DNA from: an uncultured Candidatus Binatia bacterium
Lineage (GTDB): Bacteria > Desulfobacterota > Binatia > UBA9968 > JAJDTQ01
Length of the DNA: 64,000 nt
NCBI GenBank assembly: GCA_964291295.2
Contig: OZ219754.1
Coordinates: 2,592,001 to 2,656,000, forward strand
Direction: 5' to 3'
The translations under genes and the position numbers were made by a program. The notes below the pieces were generated by a model. That model searched no databases. It had not been told where the DNA came from and saw only the letters and a program-made list of their open reading frames with translations. This document shows, in pieces, positions 57,087-64,000 of the stretch. Every line of letters begins with the position of its first letter. Within the stretch, counting starts at the first letter, position 1.

Positions 57087-58328
57087 TCAGCCTGGAGGAG
57101 ATCCGACGAGGGCTCCGGCATCGCTGTCGGGCAAGACGAGGCGGGCTCTGCCAAGGGAGGTTTCAGCGTCTTCCAGGGCCGCGGTAGGCGCCATGACGGG
57201 AGCTGCGGCAGGTGCCACGGCCGAAGACGCCACGACAGACGATACGATATGCGCGACGATGGACGCCACGATACGCGCCACTTCATCCGCGTTCCTGGCC
57301 CGGACCATCCGCGCACGCCACTGCGCGGCGCCGCGGAACCCCTTGCAGTACCAGGCCAGATGCTTGCGCATGGCCGGAAAGCGCCCCTCGCCCCAGAGGC
57401 CCTCGAAATGGCGGCTGTGTTCCAGCAGTACCCGGATGCGCTCCTCCAGGGCCACATCCGGCTCCACGCCGCCGGGGCTCGCGATCCCGGCCAGGGTGTC
57501 CTTGGCCCGTTGCTTGTCCCGGAACACCCAAGGGTTACCCATGGCGGCGCGTCCCAGGAGTACCCCGTCGACGCCGGTCTGCCGGATCCGTTCCAGCGCC
57601 TCCGACATGGAGCCGATATCCCCGTTTCCCAGGATCAGGGTGGGCAGACCCCGGGCCAGCTCCACCGCCCGGTGAATGGCGTCCCAGTCCGCGAATCCCT
57701 TGTACATCTGTTTCAGGGTGCGGCCGTGCAGGGAGATGGCCGCCGGCGTTTCCTCCAGCAGCACCGGAATCCATTCGTCCACGGCCACCTCGTCGTATCC
57801 TGTCCGGGTCTTGATCGACAACGGGATGTCCCGCCGGACCGCATGCCCGCACCGCATGTGCCGGACCCGCTCCACCACGTCGGTGGCCAGACCCAGATCC
57901 TCCAGGCGCTGGCCGGCCGCCCAGTCGGCGAGCCCGCGACGGGTCTCCCGGATGATGGCCACCGCCCGTTCGGGATCAAGGATGAGCCCGGCGCCGGCCC
58001 CCTTGTTGGCCACCTTTCTGGCCGGGCAGCCCATGTTGATGTCCAGGCCGTCGAAACCGAGTTCGCCGACGATGTGCGCCACCCGGTAGAAGGCCTCGGG
58101 CGTGTGGCCGTAGATCTGCGCCAGGACCGGGCGTTCGGACTCGCCGTACGCGAAGTCGCGCACGAATCCGTCGGCGCCGCCGCAGATGGCCTCGACGCTG
58201 GTGAACTCCGTCATGCACAGGTCGGGCCGCCCGTACCGGGCCACCATGAGACGGAACGAAGCATCGGTGACGCCGTCCATGGGCGAGAGGCCGATGAGGG
58301 GTTTGCGGATGCGGTGCCAGAAATGCAT
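57087..58328 (-). CDS. dus: tRNA-dihydrouridine synthase
   Basis: Motifs SPMDGVTD, DINMGCP, SIKTR.G, HGRT, GNGDI and GRAAMGNPW; low-complexity C-tail. Confidence 0.93.
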   Translation of the reverse strand: MHFWHRIRKPLIGLSPMDGVTDASFRLMVARYGRPDLCMTEFTSVEAICGGADGFVRDFAYGESERPVLAQIYGHTPEAFYRVAHIVGELGFDGLDINMGCPARKVANKGAGAGLILDPERAVAIIRETRRGLADWAAGQRLEDLGLATDVVERVRHMRCGHAVRRDIPLSIKTRTGYDEVAVDEWIPVLLEETPAAISLHGRTLKQMYKGFADWDAIHRAVELARGLPTLILGNGDIGSMSEALERIRQTGVDGVLLGRAAMGNPWVFRDKQRAKDTLAGIASPGGVEPDVALEERIRVLLEHSRHFEGLWGEGRFPAMRKHLAWYCKGFRGAAQWRARMVRARNADEVARIVASIVAHIVSSVVASSAVAPAAAPVMAPTAALEDAETSLGRARLVLPDSDAGALVGSPPG

Positions 58329-58353
58329 GGCGGGGAGGGGAACGGGCGATGCG

Positions 58354-59502
58354 TCACTCGGCCGCGGCCGCCCGACGGGCGATCATTGCATCCAGTTCGG
58401 CCTTGAGACGTGGCAGAATCTGGTCGTAGGGGAAGGCTCCCAGTGGTTCACCGCCACGCTTGAGGTTCACGAATTTCGGGCCGCACCACAGCCCGAGGTC
58501 GGCGTCGTCGGTCTCGCCGGGGCCGTTGACCCGGCAGCCCATGACCGCGACGGTGAGGGCGTGGCCGGCGGCGTAGGCGGTCATCTCCTTGACCTTTTGC
58601 GCCAGCTCCACGAAGTTCTCGTTCTCCACCCGCGAGCAACTCGGACAACTGATGATGTTCAGGCTGTCGCGGCCGTAATCCACGACGCTGCGCACCCGGC
58701 CCGCCGCAATATCCTCAAGGATATCGCGCCCGGCGACGACCTCCTGGTGTTTTTGTGCGTTGGGGACCGTCAGGGACACCCGGATGGTGTCGCCGATGCC
58801 CCGGCTGATGAGCTGCTCGAAGGCGACGCGGGTCTTGACGATCCCGTCCGGCGGCAGACCCGCTTCGGTGACGCCGAGATGGAGCGGGATGTCCGGACGC
58901 CGTGCCGCGAACCGCCGGTTGACCTCGATGACCCTGGCCGGGTCCGAATCCTTGAGCGAGACGCAGTAGCGCGTGTAGCCGAGGCTGTCCAGCAGTTCGC
59001 AGTGTTCCCAGGCGCTCGCCAGCATGGGCGAGACCGAGTCGTGCTCGGAGAAGTGCTCCCGCTGCGCGGGATCCACCGAGCCGCAGTTGACGCCCACGCG
59101 CATGGCGCAGTCGTTGGCCGCCGCCGCCTCCACCAGGAACTTGACCTTGTCCCGCCAGGACTTCCGCTTCTCGTGGTGGTAGAGGTGTCCGGGATTGTAG
59201 CGGATCTTGTCCACGTGGGGCGCCACCACGCTGGCGAGCCGATAGTTCTCCTGAAGGTCCACGGACAGGTTCGCTTGGGTGGCGGCGCGGATCTCCTCCA
59301 GGGCGGCGGCATCCTTCCTGCTGTCCACGGCGATGCGGACCACGTCGGCCCCGGCCCGGGTCAGGTCGTTGACCTGCTCCACGGTCGCCGCCACATCCTG
59401 GGTACGGGTGGCGCACATGCTCTGAACCGCGATGGGATGGGCGCCACCTATGACGGTGGAGCCGATGCGCACGGGACGGGTGGGATTGCGTGGCAGCTTC
59501 AT
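58354..59502 (-). CDS. ispG: (E)-4-hydroxy-3-methylbut-2-enyl-diphosphate synthase
   Basis: Motifs [36 protein letters not shown] and [11 protein letters not shown]. Confidence 0.96.
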   Translation of the reverse strand: MKLPRNPTRPVRIGSTVIGGAHPIAVQSMCATRTQDVAATVEQVNDLTRAGADVVRIAVDSRKDAAALEEIRAATQANLSVDLQENYRLASVVAPHVDKIRYNPGHLYHHEKRKSWRDKVKFLVEAAAANDCAMRVGVNCGSVDPAQREHFSEHDSVSPMLASAWEHCELLDSLGYTRYCVSLKDSDPARVIEVNRRFAARRPDIPLHLGVTEAGLPPDGIVKTRVAFEQLISRGIGDTIRVSLTVPNAQKHQEVVAGRDILEDIAAGRVRSVVDYGRDSLNIISCPSCSRVENENFVELAQKVKEMTAYAAGHALTVAVMGCRVNGPGETDDADLGLWCGPKFVNLKRGGEPLGAFPYDQILPRLKAELDAMIARRAAAAE

Positions 59503-59640
59503 GGACGGCGCTCTCCGGCACACATGCAAACCATGGCTTCAAGGCTAACGTGAAAGGCCCGGGGAAGCAATGGGATCCCGTGGGGTTCGGTGGTCCTTGA
59601 TGGAGGGAAGGGCTTTGGATAGACTGACTGCAGCGGCGCC

Positions 59641-59693
59641 TTTGATGAACCCTTCTTTGATGAACCCTTCTTTGATGTACCCTCTGATGAGCC
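59641..59693. repeat. 15-bp tandem repeat TTTGATGAACCCTTC (two perfect copies plus one or two degenerate)
   Basis: Units at 59641, 59656, 59671 and a partial unit at 59685, in the ispG/prc divergent spacer. Confidence 0.85.
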
Positions 59694-59733
59694 GTATCAA
59701 GGCTCGAGGCGCCGGCGCTGTCGAGGAGCACCG

Positions 59734-61809
59734 ATGAATCACGCGCGGCTACGCTTTCTGTGCCGCTCCGTTGTGGCCCCGGTCGCCCTTTGGCTGGCCG
59801 TGGCGCAGGCTCCACGCGCGGCCGAGCCGACACTCGCGCTTCTGTCGCCGGATCACCAGCAGTCGGACATCGGAACGGAGATCCTGGGAAAGCTCATCAA
59901 GGGCCACTACCGGTCCATCGCGCTTGACGACACGGTCTCGGGAAGGATCCTCGACTCGTACCTCAGTGCCCTGGATCCCGCGCGCAGCTATTTCCGGGCC
60001 GCGGACATCGCGGAGTTCGAGGAGTTGAGAACGCGTCTCGACGACCTGCTGCGAGTCGGCGACCTGAGACACGCCTTCAGGATCTTCAACCGCTATCGGC
60101 AGCGAATGGCTGAACGACTCCGGTTCGTGATCCGCATCATTGATGAGCAGTTCGACTCCCTCGACTTCGAGAAGGACGAGAGCCTCCGGCGTCGGGATTT
60201 CGCCTGGGCCGTTTCCGTGTCCGAACTCGAGGCGCGCTGGCGCAGGCAGGTCAAGGCCGACGTGTTGAGCCGCCTGCTGGCCGGCACCCCTCGGCAAGAG
60301 GTCCGCGAGGCGCTCCGGCGCCGCTACGGCAATCAACAAAAGCGGCTGGCCCAGAGCAACAAGAGCGACGTGTTCCGCCTGTACATGAACTCATTCCTCC
60401 GGGCGGTGGACCCCCATACCGCCTATTTTCCGCCTCACCAGAGCGAAAACTTCAACATACACATGAGCTTGTCGCTGGAAGGCATCGGCGCTGTGCTGCA
60501 GGGCGACGGCGAGAGCGTCAAGGTGGTGCGGCTGGTGGCCGGCGGACCGGCTGACAAGGCCGGAGAACTGAAGCCGGGCGATCGTATCGTCGGCGTCGGG
60601 CAGGGCGAGGAAGGGGAGATGGTGGACACCTTGGGCATGCGCCTGGATGAGGTGGTCACCCGGATCCGCGGGCCCAGGGAGACGACGGTTCGCCTCGAGA
60701 TCATTCCCCACGTGAGCACGACGGAAGAGCGCAGGACCATCAGGATCGTTCGCAACAAGGTCGATCTCGAGGACCAGCGGGCCAGCAGCAGGGTGCTGGA
60801 GGTCAAGGTAGGCGAGCGCACGGAGAAGATCGGCGTCATCAGGCTGCCGACATTCTACGTGGACTTTGCCGCGCTGCGGTCCGGGGACCCCGACTTCAAG
60901 AGCACGGCGGGAGACGTGACACGACTGATCGCCGAGCTGAGCAAGGTCGGGGTCGGCGGGCTGCTCATCGATCTTCGGGACAACGGCGGCGGGGCGCTCC
61001 AGGAGGCCATCTCGCTGGTGGGTCTGTTCATCGACAAGGGTCCGGTGGTGCAGGTCCGCGATGGCCGGGGAGCCGTTCGGCAGCACTCGGATCCGGCCCC
61101 CGGCATCGTCTATCGCGGCCCCTTGGCCGTCCTGGTGAACCGTCTCAGCGCGTCGGCGTCAGAGATCTTCGCGGGAGCCGTTCAGGATTACGGCCGCGGA
61201 CTGGTGCTGGGAGGACAGACCTTCGGAAAGGGGACGGTGCAGACCCTGATCCCGATTCGCCGGGGTCACCTGAAGCTCACCCAGGCCAAGTTCTACCGCA
61301 TTTCCGGAGAGAGCACCCAGCACCGGGGCGTGATACCCGATATCGAGTTTCCGGGTGTCATCGACAAGACGGAAGTGGGCGAAAGCTCCCTGGACAACGC
61401 GCTGCCGTGGGATTCCATCGACCGGGCCCGGTATTCCAGAGCCGGAGAGCCGTCGGCCCTGGTCGAGGCGCTGGCGGCGAGGCACCGGCGGCGTGTCAAC
61501 GCGGACCCGGACCTTGTCCATCTCATGGCACGAATCGCGCGTCTTGAAAGGGAGCGGGGGGAGGCCACCCTCTCGCTGAGCGAGAAGACGCGGCGGGCGA
61601 GGCAGGAGAGCGACCAGCGCCAGGAACTGGAAAACGAAAACACCCGCCGCGTCGCCAAGGGAGAGAAGCCGTTCGCCAGCTTCGCCGAACTCGAGGCCCA
61701 CAGGATCGCCGCGGCCTCATCGTCGCAGGACGATCCCCTGCTTGACGAGGCTGCCCATATCCTCGCCGACTTCATCGACCTGAAGAGCCGCCCCACGGCG
61801 TCCCGGTGA
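59734..61809 (+). CDS. prc: Carboxy-terminal processing protease (Prc/Tsp, S41A)
   Basis: Motifs DPHT.Y, SLEGIGA (PDZ), DLRDNGGG, SASASEI, TFGKGTVQ and STQ..GV.PD. Confidence 0.94.
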   Translation: MNHARLRFLCRSVVAPVALWLAVAQAPRAAEPTLALLSPDHQQSDIGTEILGKLIKGHYRSIALDDTVSGRILDSYLSALDPARSYFRAADIAEFEELRTRLDDLLRVGDLRHAFRIFNRYRQRMAERLRFVIRIIDEQFDSLDFEKDESLRRRDFAWAVSVSELEARWRRQVKADVLSRLLAGTPRQEVREALRRRYGNQQKRLAQSNKSDVFRLYMNSFLRAVDPHTAYFPPHQSENFNIHMSLSLEGIGAVLQGDGESVKVVRLVAGGPADKAGELKPGDRIVGVGQGEEGEMVDTLGMRLDEVVTRIRGPRETTVRLEIIPHVSTTEERRTIRIVRNKVDLEDQRASSRVLEVKVGERTEKIGVIRLPTFYVDFAALRSGDPDFKSTAGDVTRLIAELSKVGVGGLLIDLRDNGGGALQEAISLVGLFIDKGPVVQVRDGRGAVRQHSDPAPGIVYRGPLAVLVNRLSASASEIFAGAVQDYGRGLVLGGQTFGKGTVQTLIPIRRGHLKLTQAKFYRISGESTQHRGVIPDIEFPGVIDKTEVGESSLDNALPWDSIDRARYSRAGEPSALVEALAARHRRRVNADPDLVHLMARIARLERERGEATLSLSEKTRRARQESDQRQELENENTRRVAKGEKPFASFAELEAHRIAAASSSQDDPLLDEAAHILADFIDLKSRPTASR

Positions 61810-61826
61810 GAAGAGCGTGAAAAGAG

Positions 61827-62615
61827 CTATTCGCCGCCGTTGACGTCCACCACCGAGCCGTTGACGAAAGAGGCCGCATCCGAGGCAAGGAACCACACGA
61901 CGCTCGCCACCTCGTCGGCCTTTCCGTGCCGTCCCAGCGCGATGTTCTCCAGACCCTCCGGTTCCATGCGCGCGAGGCTCGTGCCGCCGGGGCGGGGCGT
62001 GTCGATGATCCCCGGGGCCACCGCGTTCACGCGCACATCCGGCCCCCACTGATTGGCCATGTGGAAGGTCAGATTCATCACCGCCGCCTTGGATGTGCCG
62101 TAAGCGGCCATGTTCGGCCGTTCATGCTTGGTGGAACGGCCGGATATGGAACCGACGTTGACGATGGCGCCCTTGCCGCGCTCCTTCATGTGCGGCGCCA
62201 CCGCCCTGGAGCACAGGAACGCCGTCTTCACGTTGACGTCGTAGACGCCCATGAAGTCTTCCGGCGACAGCTCCAGCAGGGTCCCGCGCCGGAATGCCGG
62301 CATCGCCGGGTTGCGGCTGTAGGAGCCGCCGGCGACGTTCAGAAGCGCATCGATGCGGCCGAACCTCTCCAGGGTGGCGGCAACCATCTCCTGGACTCGG
62401 GTCTCTCTGGTGACGTCCACCGCGATACCGGCGGCGCCGACGCCCAAGGCCTCGACCTCCCGGACCACGGGCGGTATGGACTCCGGTGGCAGCGAGGCGA
62501 TCATGATGTTGGAGCCGGCGCGGGCGAAGGCCAGCGCGCAGGCCCGCCCGATGCCGCCGCTGCCGCCGGTGATGAGGGTGGTGCGTCCTTCCAGGGAAAA
62601 GCGTGAGAGATCCAT
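61827..62615 (-). CDS. SDR family oxidoreductase
   Basis: Motifs TGGSGGIG, YGTSK and VRVNAVAPG. Confidence 0.94.
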   Translation of the reverse strand: MDLSRFSLEGRTTLITGGSGGIGRACALAFARAGSNIMIASLPPESIPPVVREVEALGVGAAGIAVDVTRETRVQEMVAATLERFGRIDALLNVAGGSYSRNPAMPAFRRGTLLELSPEDFMGVYDVNVKTAFLCSRAVAPHMKERGKGAIVNVGSISGRSTKHERPNMAAYGTSKAAVMNLTFHMANQWGPDVRVNAVAPGIIDTPRPGGTSLARMEPEGLENIALGRHGKADEVASVVWFLASDAASFVNGSVVDVNGGE

Positions 62616-62636
62616 GGGTTCCTTCCGTTGGAGGGC

Positions 62637-63560
62637 TCATCCTTCCCACAGGTGGCTGAACTGCACGGCCACCACATCCTGGTAGGGAACGGGCCCGGCA
62701 AGCAATCCGATGTCCTGGGCGAACCGGTTCATGCTGGCGACCACCGGCTCCGGAATACGGGGATCGTAGTAGGGGACGTCACGTTCGATGAGGGTCGCGA
62801 TGAGTCCCGCCTCGTGGGGAGGGTACAGCGCCCGGCCCACGTCCGCCGCCCGTTGCGGGTCCTCCGCCAGCGCCCGTTGGGTCTTGACCAGCGCTCGGAC
62901 CGCGGCGGCGACGGCGTCACCGTGGTCCGTGATCATCCGGTCCGAAGTGATCAGGGCCGGGAACGTGTAGCCCCGGGCCTCGGCCGGCCCCTCGCCGCGC
63001 CGGATGTCGAGAACGACGATGCCGGCACCCTGCCGGACCGCCACCTCCGCCCCCATGCCGTTGGCCCAGAAGCCGTCGATAACGCCTTCGGCCAAGGCCT
63101 TGGCCGCGGTCACGCCGAAAGAGACACCGGGCGCGCTGGCCCCGGGCACGGGCTGAATCTGGATGCCGTCGGCCTCCGGGTCCAGTCCGGCCGCCGCCAG
63201 CATGCGCTTGAGACCCAGGTCCACGCCAGGGGCGGCGCCGATGCGAAGCCCCCGGACGGCTTCGATGTCGCCCCGCCTGACCTCCAGGTCGGACCGCAGC
63301 ACCAGGAACCAGTACATGTGCCGGGCCAACGCCGCCAGCAGCTTGGCGCCCTTCCAGTCCGGAAAGGCGGTGAGGGTCGCATGGGACGAGGCGGCGACGA
63401 AGTCGAGCCCGTGCTCCCTCAGGGTCTCGAAGGTCCGGGGCACCGGAAAGATGGTCTCCAGTTCCATCTCCAGCCCCTCGGCCTTGAAAAAGCCCAGTTC
63501 CACCGCGGCGATGGCGGGGAAGTAGGAGTTCGATACGAAGTCCGGAAGTCCCAGTCGCAT
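62637..63560 (-). CDS. ABC substrate-binding protein (NMT1/TauA/SsuA-like), no obvious signal peptide
   Basis: YFPAIAAVELGFFKAEGLE, ALAEG.ID and ALVKTQ patterns. Confidence 0.8.
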   Translation of the reverse strand: MRLGLPDFVSNSYFPAIAAVELGFFKAEGLEMELETIFPVPRTFETLREHGLDFVAASSHATLTAFPDWKGAKLLAALARHMYWFLVLRSDLEVRRGDIEAVRGLRIGAAPGVDLGLKRMLAAAGLDPEADGIQIQPVPGASAPGVSFGVTAAKALAEGVIDGFWANGMGAEVAVRQGAGIVVLDIRRGEGPAEARGYTFPALITSDRMITDHGDAVAAAVRALVKTQRALAEDPQRAADVGRALYPPHEAGLIATLIERDVPYYDPRIPEPVVASMNRFAQDIGLLAGPVPYQDVVAVQFSHLWEG

Positions 63561-63635
63561 GGCGCTCCCTTCAAGGAATCGTTGGCACGGGTCCGGATGT
63601 ATCGGATTCGCCGCGCCGTTGCAAAATCGCTGGCC

Positions 63636-64000
63636 TCAACTCCAGTATGTGGTGCGGTCCACCGGGATCGCGTCCAGCACATCCCGGGGCAGGTAGTCGT
63701 GGAGACGGATGCGTTGCAACGCCTCTTCGGGACATTCGGACACGGGCGAGAAGGGGCGGTCCAGCGGCCGCGTGGCGTCGACGACCATGGCCGAGGTGCG
63801 GATGCCCTCGTCCATGGAAGGGTCGATCAGGGGTCCGCGCATCAGATCGGGGATGAGCGACACCTGCCGGTGGGCTGTACCCGGGTGGCCAGAGCCCACA
63901 GGATCTCGGTGGGATTGTAGACGTCGACATCGTCGTCGAAGATGAACACATGCTTGCACTGATCGAAGCTCAACGCCGCCGCGGCCGCCCGCCCCGGGTC
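63636..64000 (-). pseudogene. UbiD-family decarboxylase C-terminus with a 1-bp frameshift (pseudogene or sequencing error); begins outside the window
   Basis: One frame reads KHVFIFDDDVDVYNPTEILWALATRVQP, and another continues HRQVSLIP..LIDPS...MVVDAT.P. The switch falls at the G-run 63872-63874. Confidence 0.8.

Noticed and set aside
4003-59693. Tandem repeats as possible CRISPR arrays
   Set aside because: The units are 15-17 bp and contiguous, with no unique spacers and no cas genes.
59684-59712. CTGATGA followed by a short stem, resembling a hammerhead ribozyme core
   Set aside because: The required GAAA after stem II is absent (TCGA/GAGG instead).

Overview
This is a GC-rich bacterial chromosomal window. 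The expansion of Amidohydro_2, Bug/TctC, Rieske and SDR genes suggests a Binatota/deltaproteobacterial-type organism, which is an inference only. It holds about 60 CDS and two tRNAs (Met/Ile2-CAT and Gly-GCC). Housekeeping genes include fbp, fbaB, pgsA, rdgB, thiI, moeB, argC, maf, dus, ispG and prc. Many catabolic and transport genes are present: six amidohydrolases, a Rieske oxygenase, a CoA-transferase, a TTT transporter and peptide ABC components. An accessory zone at about 38.9-47.7 kb contains an ISAs1 scar, a type I secretion ABC/MFP pair, and a 3.7-kb IS1595-family element. That element has imperfect 23-bp IRs and an 8-bp target duplication, is inserted in the last codons of argC, and carries RTX genes plus a decayed methylase/HNH module. 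Other unusual items are an uncharacterised two-gene membrane module (8.9-10.8 kb), an OppB permease with a ~300-aa periplasmic insertion, an NCS2 permease fused to a degenerate HATPase-like domain, an orphan HicB-like gene in a Rieske operon, and an archaeal-looking RdgB behind tRNA-Gly. No CRISPR array or rRNA was seen. All family calls come from motif recognition by eye, not from database searches.
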